Below are positions 10,701-22,800 of a stretch of 64,000 nt of DNA, one piece after another. The stretch covers positions 9,734,001-9,798,000 of the forward strand of contig CM022670.1 of NCBI GenBank assembly GCA_012295275.1. Reading direction: 5' to 3'. The stretch is from Chrysomallon squamiferum. Taxonomy: Eukaryota; Animalia; Mollusca. The position numbers and the translations under genes were made by a program. The notes beneath the pieces were generated by a model that saw nothing but the letters and a program-made list of their open reading frames with translations, did not search any database and was not told the DNA's origin. The first letter of the stretch is position 1, and every line of letters begins with the position of its first letter.

Positions 10701-13700
10701 TGCAACAGTTGTTGTCCTTGAACGGCAGTACAACAGATACTTCCACTGCAATCTCACTGACAGACTGAGGAATGAGACAAGGTTGGCCAGATGTCACAAC
10801 ATTGATGCAGAAGAGATCATGGGGATGTTTAGTTTCTTAAATGCTACTCTCTGCTACATCTCATGTAAAATGAGGGCCATCAAAAACAGGACAGTGGATT
10901 ATCTTGATGCCCTAGACAGGGAGACAAAAGATCGTATTATTAAAAAGGTGATCCACATGGGCCAACAACACAGACAGGACAAGCATACCAAGCAGAAGAA
11001 TCCGAGGAAAGAACAAAACAGGAGACAAGTACAGAAGCTGCAGGCAAAGGAGACCACAGAGAGGAACAGATTGGAGAGAAGATTGAAAAGTGTACACATC
11101 GACAGACTCTGTTGAATTCTCGGATCTCTCAGAGTATAAATTGGAAAACGTAAGTGAACTTTTATCTGGGAATTCAGTGGGTAGCATGATTTGACATATG
11201 TGGATTGATGATGGAGAAAGAGCAATATACAATGGAAAGATAGAGAAGATTACATGCAAAGGTAAGAAATATGTTGTAGCATACTGGGGAGCAAATGAAT
11301 CGTATGCAGATGCAGTAGACTACTGTATGAACATTCATGCTCTGGCTGCAGGTCTAACTGAGGATGATCTAACTATATAATATTTAATTTTGAATTCTAG
11401 TAGATTTTATGTACAGTTAGAAAGGTCAATTTATCGACATATTTCAAATATCATTTTTAATAAAATATTGTGTATACACGTGTGCTTGCATTTTAATTTT
11501 AAAATGTGCTAGAAATATCTGGTGCTGTTGAAAATGATTATATTTCTATGTTGTTTATATTTTTAATAGCTTGTAGGATGCATATTTTATTAAATGTTGT
11601 GACTTTTAATAAATACAATATGAATTTGTTCTGAAATAAACAAATTAATATTGTTTTGCCGATTACTAGCATTTGATGTTTAACTATATTCCTCTGCAAT
11701 ACATAAACTCATATAATCCTTGGAGTCGACTCCAGAAAAGTGTTGCCGGTCTTAATTAGGAGCAATACAATGTGTATGTAATTATGACACTAAGACAATT
11801 AAAGGCACAGGTATGGTAAGTGTCATTTGAAGCAGACAAAAGAATTTTCTTGGCTTTGTGTTTGTACTTCCTGTGCTTTGACAGCAAACAAAAGATACCT
11901 ATCAATGTATCATGTGACCATCGCTGACGTTTTCTCTGATAGAGCAAGTCAACACTTGAAGCAAAAATAGCCTAAGTTTTAAAACTGAACACTTTATGAT
12001 TTATCAGTTTATGGTTTTACGATAAAAAAAAATAAGTTATACATTTCTTATTTAATATTCTATGAATACCTCTGGTACTTAGATTCACAGAATAAATTCA
12101 TTGTACTGTTTTGTAGTACAGTTTGTTATGTTTATGATTTTTAATTTGCCTTTAATCGCAAGAATTTTTAAAGCAAAATATGAAGTTAGTTTATTTCTGA
12201 TCATATTCGTATTATAATGTATATACTTTAGAAATCCGAACACAGAAGAAACCTATCCATCCCAAAAGTTACTAAAAATATAAACATAGTTTCTATCGTT
12301 TTAAATAACAGAGGTTCTTTTATATGTTTCTTACTTTTGTTTCTTTCTTTCTTTCTTTCTGTTGTTTTTTACATTTATTTTTAGGCAAGCAATATACATT
12401 TGCGCACATAACTTTTGTTATAAATTTATACGCCATTGGTACTGATAGCGACGACATGTACGTTGTTAGAAATACCGAACTTTCACTTTCCTTAGCCAGT
12501 GTTAAGCAAAGGCGACACCGCCTTTATCTGAGGGCTTTGTAGAGTGACACCGCTTTAGCTTTAGGGCTGTTCACAATGGGCGGCGGAGTTCATTTACCCC
12601 CACCACATTTAACACTCTCATACAGACTACTGATTTAACACTTAACAAAAACAACATCACCATTTAAAAGAGCGCATATTAATCTGTATTTGAGTGTATT
12701 TGTTTTTCATGTTATATTTTACAGAAGGGATTTGGGACTGGTGGGAAATGGACAAAATCAGCACTTTTAATTGCTTTGTCCAATTATGTTTGTTAGGCTG
12801 CTGGTACCTTAATTAATATTCTTTTTAATTTTTACAAATATAATTGAACAGAGATTGGCATTGGTCTTCACTGAAAATTTCATCAAGAAAGCTTGATTAT
12901 TAACAAAGATACAGGGGAAAATGTTAAAATATTACTATTTTTGGTCACAAAACTCAATGACTTAAATAGCATTTAACTGGACGAAAATAAGTGTTTATTA
13001 AGGGGGTTTAAAATTGCTGCTACTTCCTTAATTTTTAACATATTCACTTGATTTTGGTATCATTTTAAAGAGGTTTACAAGCTCTACCCAACTGTCTTAT
13101 TTATTTTTGAAAAATGTGTCCACATACCTACAGTTTCACCACATTCCTGAAGATCAATTCATTATCTTTCACTGCGAACTTGTATTTAACGAGTCGCAAC
13201 TCTAAATTATAGTACAATATACAGTCTCTTTCTCACATGCATGAAACCAACATGGACGTATGACAGTTGAACTTACATGTCCGTTTTCTGGGTGCTGGAT
13301 AACCGCATGATGCACATGTCTTTTTTTGTATATGATATGAACGACGGCCACACCGACGACAGTGTGTATGAGTCTTGTTATGTCGCTTACCAAAGCTGGA
13401 CGTTCCCTTCGTCTGTTGAAAGAAAATATATATATTTACCAGGTTGATTTGGTAATGACAGATTTGCTTTTCTGATTTTTCGATTATTTGTATGATATAT
13501 TTAAATAAACAAATCTATCCCAGTATCCGACAAGTGAGAGCTATCGTATCTGTATCGTTATCATTATATTACATTTCACGTGTTTAATCAATATCAGTAA
13601 TACCTAAAATAAGCTCAAGTGGATAACAAAATATTTTCAAATTTGGTTTCTTTAAATGCTCATTTGTCAAAATGACTATTTCCATACATAACGCAAATTG

Positions 13701-13754
13701 TTTATTTAGGGTCGATGAAAACAGATTCTCAATATTGTCTTAAACACCAACCAT
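4633..13754 (-). CDS. RPL37: 60S ribosomal protein L37 (eL37), 4 coding exons, 99 aa
   Basis: Exons 13752-13754 (ATG), 13277-13412, 5608-5692 and 4633-4708 join through GT-AG sites to give [99 protein letters not shown]. The C4 zinc finger is intact and the CDS totals 300 nt. Confidence 0.97.
4850..5315. repeat. Tandem duplication (about 260-bp period, 2 diverged copies) in RPL37 intron 3
   Basis: AAAACTGATTAG.AATTACAAAGTC, TGCACTTTTTAAAATGGATAAATAA and GAGACCAACCAACAAA each occur at 4850-5065 and again at 5110-5315. Confidence 0.85.
5608..5692 (-). CDS. RPL37: RPL37 exon 3 ([29 protein letters not shown])
   Basis: 85-nt exon with AG/GT flanks and the hallmark [10 protein letters not shown] motif. 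Confidence 0.96.
6905..7300 (+). mobile_element. Degenerate, internally deleted relic of the same hAT-type family
   Basis: 6913-6990 resembles the element's left subterminal region (7625-7700: TTCATTGGC...CCTTGGGATT...GCATAAAAACA). 7135-7290 resembles its right subterminal region (12940-13085: TTTAACTGGAC.AAAAT...TGGTATCATTTTAAAG.G). No TIRs remain. Confidence 0.7.
7524..13130 (+). mobile_element. Full-length decayed hAT-superfamily DNA transposon (hATw-like), 5607 bp, in RPL37 intron 2, antisense to the host
   Basis: Perfect 10-bp TIRs TAGGTATGTG (7524-7533) and CACATACCTA (13121-13130). Perfect 7-bp TSD CAGTTTC (7517-7523 and 13131-13137). Internal transposase pseudogene and subterminal direct repeats (7762-7875 vs 7963-8075; 12513-12570). 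7-bp TSDs are the recognised signature of the hATw group. Confidence 0.88.
8586..11380 (+). pseudogene. hAT-like DDE transposase pseudogene with multiple frameshifts and stops, plus a C-terminal Tudor/Spindlin-like segment
   Basis: Fragments in alternating frames: N-terminal coiled coil; [10 protein letters not shown] (D at 9743); LTDRCPAN (D at 9968); LNCH (10037-10048, CxxH region); [11 protein letters not shown]; [13 protein letters not shown] (E at about 10810, equivalent to hAT ERxFS); basic coiled coil; terminal domain 11177-11380. Confidence 0.85.
13277..13412 (-). CDS. RPL37: RPL37 exon 2 ([15 protein letters not shown]...CRRC...CASCGYP)
   Basis: 136-nt exon with CAG acceptor and GTAAGT donor. 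Confidence 0.96.
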
Positions 13755-13795
13755 TTTCGTCCAGCGGAAGTTAGAAAGGATTCACAGGAAGTTAT
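13752..13795 (-). promoter_or_regulatory. RPL37: RPL37 exon 1 with TCT (5'TOP) initiator and ETS-like GGAAG sites
   Basis: Minus strand reads TCCTTTCTAACTTCCGCTGGACGAAAATG|GTTGGT: a polypyrimidine start typical of ribosomal protein genes, with ATG directly followed by the donor. CGGAAG and CAGGAAG lie at about 13765 and 13785. Confidence 0.8.
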
Positions 13796-15386
13796 TCTTC
13801 CCTAAAGTGAACCTCTTAACGAGGAGCATCAATTGATGGGTTGTCGTTCGTATATTGATACAAACTAAAATATTAAATTACAAAAATTACAGATATATCT
13901 TTCAGTTTTATTATTATAACTGAAACGATTCATTAACAATTATCGTATTATATTTTTCTATTATAAATGAAAATATTATTTGAATAAAATAACACCACTG
14001 ATTTTCAAATAAAATGAATCCGTATCAAATAATTGTGTGCAAAGCATTTAAATATTAAATACAAATATATCTTACATCAATAGTGGGTTTCTGTCTTGTT
14101 ATTCATATGCTCATGAACCATATGCATTAGGTAACTGTAGATTAAAAGTGCAATATTAAATAAAGCATTCCTTCATTCAGTCATGCATACTTACATAAGA
14201 AAACATACATGCATATTTTTATTTTTTTTTTTTCTGAACATTTTGTGGAACTAAAGGAAAAACATGCCTCGATTAATAAAAATGAAATATCCTTCTGCTT
14301 CTTGCCATCTCTGTTTTTTAAATATATACTTTTTTCACAAGCCATACCAATATATGCAAAAAATAACCAAAAACAATCAAAAGATAAAACAATATTTTTT
14401 ATTATAAATAATACTTCCATAAAAAAAAAATAATAAAAAAATTAATAATAAAAAAATCCCTTCAAAACCAATAAAATATCAATTTTAATTCACTTGGATC
14501 GTCTTATCAAAATGTGTGCAGCTTTCAACTCAGATTCAAAATGACATTTATTACAAATACTGGAACATATTTAACCTCTTGGGCAGATCAAAAATGCAGT
14601 GTTCACTATAACCCCAAAATATGTTATTTGTAATTTATTTTTATTTATTATTTTTTTAACTATAAAAATGACCAAACATTACATAAAATTCTTACAATAT
14701 TAAAACATTTTTTAATAATATGTTTATTTTCAGATGTTTTATTTTATTAGTACTTAGTTATTACAAAGTGCCTTAAAAAAGTTTAAATGAAATCCAATAA
14801 AAAGTCAGTACATGAAATATGGAGGCTTTTATGTCACATTATTTTCACTTTAGATAATCTTTTTTCCTCTCTTTTTCCTTTTTCCCTTTTAATCCATGAA
14901 AAATCTGGAAAAATCACCATGTTCATGTGAAAATGTTATTATTATAAATGAGATATTTTTTAATATGAAGATCACCTTTTTTCATCTGAAGTAGTTCCAA
15001 AATCTGTATCATTTTATCTGTTTTATTTTTTATATATATATAATTATTATTATTATTTGATTTTATTTAGTTTGTTTTTCAGGATCTTTCATTTTTTTTT
15101 TTTGTCTTTATTTACTCAGTCTTTATATTTTATTTATTTATTCATTCTTTTATATTAAAATACAATACATACAATGCTTATTTCTTTTTTATGTTTTTGA
15201 GAGAACACTTCTAAATTCTTCGGTACAATTTCCCAAACTTTCTTAAAATAATTTTTGTTCTTTGATTTTTACCCAATTTATTCATCGGGTCTTCACACAA
15301 AACACTCGAGATATTCCTGTATGATTCCATGAGAAGTTCCAAGTATACAGACCACTCTTATTTTCAGCATTAAAAATTATGTAATA

Positions 15387-15606
15387 TCATTCAGGCTTTT
15401 TTAATGATAAAAACAAAACATCTTTGATTATATTTCTCTCTGGGTTAATGCGTTTCAGTAATTGTGCAATTGTATGAGTCATTTCTTCATTTGTCATGTT
15501 CAGTTTTTTTGCAGTTTTCTTGAATTTTTGTGACAGGTCTTTTGTTGTCATTGGTTTCCTCATAAGATATCTTCTTATAGCTTCCTCAGTTATTCCATCA
15601 CTGGAA

Positions 15607-15641
<35 letters not shown>

Positions 15642-15862
15642 CAACAACAACAACAATAATGAATAAGATGATGCAGTTTGTAACATGAAACTGTTATCTG
15701 TAAAAATAGTCAATAAATAATAATAATAATTATAACGATAATGATGATCGAGATGCAGTTAGTAATATAAAACTATTATTTCTAAAAATAATAAGTTAAA
15801 TAACAACAATAATAATAACAATAGCATAAATAACAACAACAATAATAAATATTAACAATGAC

Positions 15863-15912
<50 letters not shown>

Positions 15913-16290
15913 TAATAAATAATGATAATGATAATCAGAAAACACACCTTGTTGAACTGACTCCTTGCATTGTAAGGGGACTCTCTGTTCTTGGTTTCTT
16001 TGAAGATGTCTGATCACTTTCAGCCTTTCTCTTCAAAGCTGTGAAAATAACAATTATCATTTCAGTTTACAAAATGTTTAAGTCTGTAAAAATATAATCC
16101 TCCCTTGCATGTAATTTATAAAAATAAAAAAAAAAAACATATGTAATATTCACCACAGAAAATAGGTCAAGATTTAGTATCAAATGATTACTTCAAAGCA
16201 GTAAATGTTTCCTGAATATTATTTTTTTTGTTTTTACAGTAATAACAATAATCTGTAAACAATATGTCTCAATCATATAATGTTTGTGTC

Positions 16291-16354
<64 letters not shown>

Positions 16355-19184
16355 TTATATTTATTTATTTATTTATTTATTTATTTACCTTTCTCCTCAG
16401 ATCCTGCAAGTTTGGGAGAAGCTGTCTTTTCTCTTTCTTTAATCTTATCTAAATGTTTCTGAAATGCATACAATTTTATGATAAACATTTACACACAAGT
16501 GCATAAGAATGTAAAAACTGTTTATAAATATACATTACTTTGTAAAATAAAAACAAACCCTGTTAATATAAAACCATAAACACATTTAATACTTACACTG
16601 GTTTCTGCAATTGAAATATACCAATAATCATTTTTTTAATTTAAAAAAAAAATTTATTACAAGGCTGTAATACTTCTTTATGGTATAATTAAGACAATTT
16701 TAAATTAATTTATATGGATCCTTGGGGAAAAGATCTTTCTTTATAATTGTCTCCTAAAATGATAATGTTTCAGAATCTGAGCAAGCTGAATGCCTAAAAA
16801 GGAGCTTCAATACACAGAGTAAATCTGGTAAATTAGAAACCAGAATCAAGATTTCAACCAAAAAACTGAAACATATCAGTTGTAGTAAATTGCCAAAATA
16901 TCCTTAGATGTACTAAGTCACCATCATATTACAAAGTCCTGAAGGGATGCGATGAAACAACGAATTAGACATGTGTTCACTAGCTGAGTCTGAGTGTTTT
17001 CATTACCTGCATCAACAGAGCTGATGTGACAGTGGCTTCTTCTTCTATGTCAGAATCACTAGCTGAACTAGAACTGCTGCTGTCGCTATCAGATTCTGCA
17101 ACATAAATGGTTAACTTCTTGAAAACTGTTTGCAAAGCTGCAAAGTTTTGACCATCCCATTGCCTGCTCTGATTGCTTTAATAGCAATAAACAGATTAAC
17201 AGAATTTTCAGTAAATCATTTACATTTGTCCAGTACAATATCTGGGTACAGGTCAAAAATATACTTAAAAGATAAATTAAGCAATGAAAAATAAAGGATG
17301 AACATTATGATACAAAATTATTACACTTTTAAAGTCAGTTTTCTGGAAGTTGTATAAATGGTCTGGTACCCATATTGTCTAATTTTACCACAGGTGAATT
17401 ACTGCTCGTGTATATTTACAAAAAAATATTTTTGCTAAGGAATAAAAAATGAATAATAAAATAAATGAATAAAAATGGAATAACATTTTCTAATTTGTTT
17501 CATCAGTTTTATAAATGTAGTATGTGGCCAGGCAACAATGGTAAATTATGTTGTTTACAACAAACAAAGTAATTTACATCTGAACACAAAAGTCCAAATA
17601 TAAAAAGAAACGTTAGTTTAAAACATTTGCCTGCATTTTTCCCTTTTTCGTTTTTGTCTTTGTCGTCTTCATTTTCATCCTCCAGTTTGTTTTCCTCATT
17701 CTCTTCCTCCTCTGCCTCAGCCTCTGCCTCCGAGTCAATCAGGTTCCTGAGACCTGCCTCTTCATCCACCCCTTTCTCTTCACAGTTGTCTGGCTTCGCA
17801 GCACTTTCCTCCAACTCTGACTCACTGATACACATATAAAATTCTAGTTTATAACACAAAAAGTTTGCACATTTTATGATCACACACAGACACTCACACA
17901 CGTACACAACACTAATACAGACAACATTAACACACACATGCGCACAGACACACACACCAACAATGAGCATGAAGTTACATTTTAGTTTTATTCTGTTTTA
18001 GTCTTAGAGTATGAAAAAAGTTTTCAGAGATTTACAAATATTATACTACACAAAATAAAAGGAATAAATATTTATTTTTAAAATAATGAATTGTATTATA
18101 CTTCATCAAAATTTATAAATAGCAGAATGTCTGTATGTTTTTTTTTTAATCAAATACATATATATATATATTTTTTTTTTTTTAATTTATTAGGGTTTAT
18201 TTTGTTTGTATAAAGAGAACAGTGATATTTCAGACAGTATAATAATTAAATAAAGTAGAGTTTTCTGATCTTAAGTTAAAATGTTCTTGTTGATAATTTC
18301 TTAACCTGCTTGTGTCTGATATGTAGTCCACCTCTCGGTCATCATAATCCCCCTCATCACTCTCCTCAATCGCTTCATCATCAGAATTATGTTTTGAATT
18401 TTTCTTCTTTTTTGCCGGACCTTTTGTATTTTTGCCCTTTTTCTTGCCTTTTTTATCTGTCAAATTTTAACAATAAATTTTCATGTTATAAATTTTCTTT
18501 AACTGATACATTGAATGTTTTGTTATTGTTTGAAATTAATAATTTTACAGTAAGGTTCTTTTTTTTTTTTTTTTTTACAAGATACAAAAATGCTTAAAAT
18601 TGACATCTTCATGCAAAACGTTCAACAAAACCACTTTTTATTTTATTTTGAAATACATAACTTTTAATATATATAATCAACCTATCAGTCCAGAAAATAG
18701 GGTATTATCAACAGATATTGCTATATAAAAAATCCTTCTCTTTTGTTTTATCAAGCATATTTTTTGTCAAGCTACATTTGTTCAGTTAAAAGAGCTAAAT
18801 ATCTAGAAAGTCAGAAAATATTCTTATTATCAAACACACCCATTAACTCACTAACACACTCTCAGTCACTCACATGCTTAAACACCCCTACTCACACAGA
18901 CTAACTCGTTCACACACACACACAAAATTTCTATTTACTGTATGTAATCCACTAAATGAATTCAGATATTTATTGTTAAGAAAATGCTTTTGTTGTTAAA
19001 ACAGAACTGTACCTGATTCATCTTTGTCTTCCCCATCCTCATCATCAAACTCATCTTTGTCCTCTTCATCAGACAAGTCAGCCCAATCATCCATGTCTGT
19101 CAGAAGCTACAAAAAAAAAAAAAAAAAAAATGTTTTTAATGTTTTTAAATTTAAAAAGTAAGGGCTATGTAATCACTCTGACAG

Positions 19185-19215
<31 letters not shown>

Positions 19216-22106
19216 AATAAATAAATAAATATATAATCAAAATATATTTTTGGTCGCCCATATTGATTTGTTTACATTTCTGTCTGTGAAAAATCATCCT
19301 AAAACAAAATATCAACTCAGTTTTACACATTTTTATAATCCATTATTATAATTAATTATGAAAAACGAATAAAGCTATTATTTTGCAGTGAATAATTATG
19401 TACTTAGACATCTGTACAGATCACCAAAGATACTCTTTAATAATACTCACCAAATCGCTTTTAGACTTTCCTTTCTTTTGTCCTTTTTTCTTAGGCTTTT
19501 CACCTTCTTCTAAATCAGTATCTTTGTCTTCATTTCGCATTCGTTTTTTCAACATGATATTGAAGTAATTCAAAGTTTTGTCTCTCCTTCAAGTACAAAT
19601 AATTATGTTTTTAGATTGTTGTAAGAATTTATTTTTGTTCTCAAAACATTGTTTACACTTTTATTTATTGTTACTATTATTATTATTAGCAGTAGCAGTA
19701 GTATTGTAAACTATTTACTTTTATAATTAATTTTTTTTTAATTTTTTTTTAATTTATTTATAGTCTCCCCAACAAAAATATACATCTACCTTTAAGTTTA
19801 ATCTAAAAATCTGAAAATAAAATTAATTTCCAACATTCTCAGAATATATTTACTTACCTTGTGAATTCCTCCTCAGCCTCTTCCGAGTTTAGAAATTTAT
19901 ACCTAATCTGAGGTGCAAAATTATACCATTCTTCTACAGGGAATGCTTCATAGGCCCCATCAGCAGACTGCATAAAAATGTAGTAAGATGTATTCTCTGT
20001 AATGGTACCCTCTCTCAGACCTTTATATCTAAACAAAAAGTTATATCCAAGAAACCACTGCTGAATTCATAATATCAGAAACTTATTTATAACAATTAAC
20101 TACACAAATTTTGAACCTTTTTATATAAATACAAATATTTCAGAGGAAAAAAAAAAGTATGGAATGTACAATAAAGGTGATTTTCAAATATAATAATAAA
20201 AACTATTTACACATATCCTAAATTATTTAAATATTTTGGAGAAAAAAAACGAATGTGGAATACACAACAAACTTACAAAATAATAATAATAAAAATAATA
20301 AAATGCATAGTCAAAATATTACACAATCTATGTATGAAATATTAAAATTATCAAGAGATTTCTAATAGTTGTTTTTACTTTTTAGCATTTTTTCCAGATC
20401 CAACTTTCATAAGCCATGGCTGGTCTTCTGGTTTGTATTTTTTAATCATAATTCCATATTTTTTCTTACGAGCCTCTTCTTTCTGTTCCCTGCCATATTC
20501 ACTGCCAGCACCAAATTTAGGCATCATATCAATGTCATTAGCTAATTTATATTCTCTCAAGTTGTTTTCCCTTTCAATTTTAACTGAAATCTGAAACAGA
20601 AATGAGATAAATCTACACATCTTAAACTTCTTTTATGGAAGTTGTTATATAAATTATATTTAAAATATGGTTGTGAAACATTCACTAACCAAACTATAAA
20701 CATATTGGTCATGTGTGTATTTGTGCATGCCCATGTCTGTGTATCAAATTCTAAATATAAATTTATATAAAGTAAAGAATTCAGAGCATTCCAAAAAGTT
20801 TAAAACAGAAAACATAAAAACAAATATTAAAAATTGTAAATTAAATCTAAACTAAAAAGCAAAAAAAAAAATGTTTTACCTGAGTTGTTTTAAGAAATTC
20901 TACTTCAGTACCTGAAGCAAATTTCATAATGCTGAATTTTTTTCTACAATCTCTGAAAATTAATGAAAAAAAAATAATGAATAATGAATAATTTACATAA
21001 ATCTGAGAATTAATATCAGATAGTGTTTATTTTGAATAACCTTCCTGACACATTTGTGTACTAAACAGAGGTAAATAAAACTTTTAAATTTGGGAGAAAA
21101 TGATTCATTGCATTATATTACAACGTGATGTTACGTTAATCAGATTATACACAGTATAGCAATCTCATCAAAATGATTTAATAACATTATAATCATTTTA
21201 AACAGCTGCTTATAAAATGTACTTTGCCCAATAAGTAACAAGTAACAAGATCACCAAACACTGATTGTACTACTAATACATATTTTAACTATTTAATAAT
21301 ATAATTTGAAACCATGAAAAACTGATTTTTATTTTATGCAATTAACTATTAAGAGCTGAAAAATATGTTTACCAGTTTGCTTCAATGGGGAACTAACTCT
21401 GTGAATGTACTGAAAAAAACTAAAATTTGATTCTCTCTTAAATAAACAGATTTCAAATTTGCTTACCTGGGAACTCTAACTACATGTTCTTCTGTTGTTG
21501 ACATGGCCCCCTGCAAAAGAAAGTTACAAACTGTATTTAATGTAAAATATTTCTGCATGTAAATGTAATTCAACTTCAAGCGTGCTCACAAATTTCAAAT
21601 TAATAGAATAATAATGTTTATTGTGCAATCATATATGGCTTAACAAAAGTATTATGAGTCACACTTTTAATGTCACATATCAATATAATATCATGATTAT
21701 CATTATGTTGATAGATTTAACAAAACACAAACACATACAGATAAAAAAAATAATAATAACAATAAAATTGTAATTTTTTTTTACTAAACCACGATGATCA
21801 GAATATAATATATGCTAGCCACACTAAAATAACGAATAAAAAATACGAGTACAGTTTTTATAATTTTATTTTCGTTTTGTCTCAATGTCTCATTGTCTGG
21901 TGTTCCAAAACTTTCGGAGGGAAAACTAGCATCAGAATTTAAAAGAAAAAGGATTAGAAAAAGGATGCTTTCTTTCTATTTTGTATTTTATTTTTTTTTT
22001 TATAAATAGTGGTTATATTTAATACAATTCGACCTATATGAACAACACAATAAGTGACAGGATGTTATATTTAATAACTTGCCAGTCCAACAGATGTCGA
22101 TGCCAT
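15387..22106 (-). CDS. GTF2F1: General transcription factor IIF subunit 1 (RAP74/TFIIF-alpha), 13 coding exons, about 520 aa
   Basis: Exons 22083-22106, 21467-21510, 20880-20952, 20379-20590, 19858-20028, 19451-19586, 19013-19106, 18306-18456, 17631-17824, 17007-17095, 16389-16458, 15948-16038 and 15387-15600 are all phase-consistent (1563 nt). Motifs: HVVRVP, MPKFGAGSEYGREQKEEARKKKYG, EAFPVEEWYNF, acidic middle region, C-terminal winged helix GITEEAIRRYLMRKPMTTKDL. The first coding exon is less certain because there is an alternative ATG in the 21467-21510 exon. Confidence 0.95.
15862..15935. repeat. (AAT)n microsatellite
   Basis: Direct reading; GTF2F1 intron. Confidence 0.9.
16293..16350. 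repeat. (TG)n microsatellite
   Basis: Direct reading; GTF2F1 intron. Confidence 0.95.
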
Positions 22107-22379
22107 TATTTTAATTTGTCTCTTCCTTTTTTCTGAACATTTCTTATTTATGAACTGTTGCTTTTCCCTTTGATTCGCCTTTTATTTATTTAACATACTT
22201 TTTGTAAATGTACAAATGTGGAACACTCTATTTACTAGTGTTTACCATTTAACCAGTCAATTGATAGCAAAGTTTTATCCAAAAGCGTTTTATAATTGTT
22301 ATTTAAAAATTTTGATTTAAATTAACGCGTATATTTGTTTTTGTTTTTTTAAATCCATTGTGATATGCCATAGGACATA

Positions 22380-22560
22380 AAATAAATACTTGCTTCCAGG
22401 ATGTTTCGGCCTTCACTTCGGTCATTACTTACTTAAATATTTCTATCAAATATTGGATAGTTCAACATTGTTCATTACTCGAAATCAATTTAATAAAAAT
22501 TTAATTTATATGAAACCGTTTGGATCTGCAGGTTGAGGATAATACCCATACTGAATATAT
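22380..22560. promoter_or_regulatory. Putative bidirectional promoter between GTF2F1 (-) and the ISY1-like gene (+)
   Basis: Start codons are only about 700 bp apart (22106 and 22801). Candidate 5'UTR-exon donors lie at about 22389 (minus, GTATTT) and 22532 (plus, CAG|GTTGAG). CpG is locally retained. Confidence 0.6.
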
Positions 22561-22800
22561 TAATATATCAATAATATTAACGTTTGGTAATCATGCAGTT
22601 TCTCAGATGAGATTATTTGGCAAGATTTGTTGTTTAAAATCTTAATATTAAAAGGTAATATAAAATACCTAAACTGATTATATCTAAACTGCAGAATTAC
22701 CAAAATTTTATATTTTATTTATAATACATAAATATTAAACAAATTATAATGTATTTGTATCACATTGTGTTTTCAGTTAATCATCTAAAGTTCCTTAGAA

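Noticed and set aside
8506-11259. Minus-strand ORFs overlapping the transposase
   Set aside because: Antisense shadows of the plus-strand transposase fragments with no recognisable motifs.
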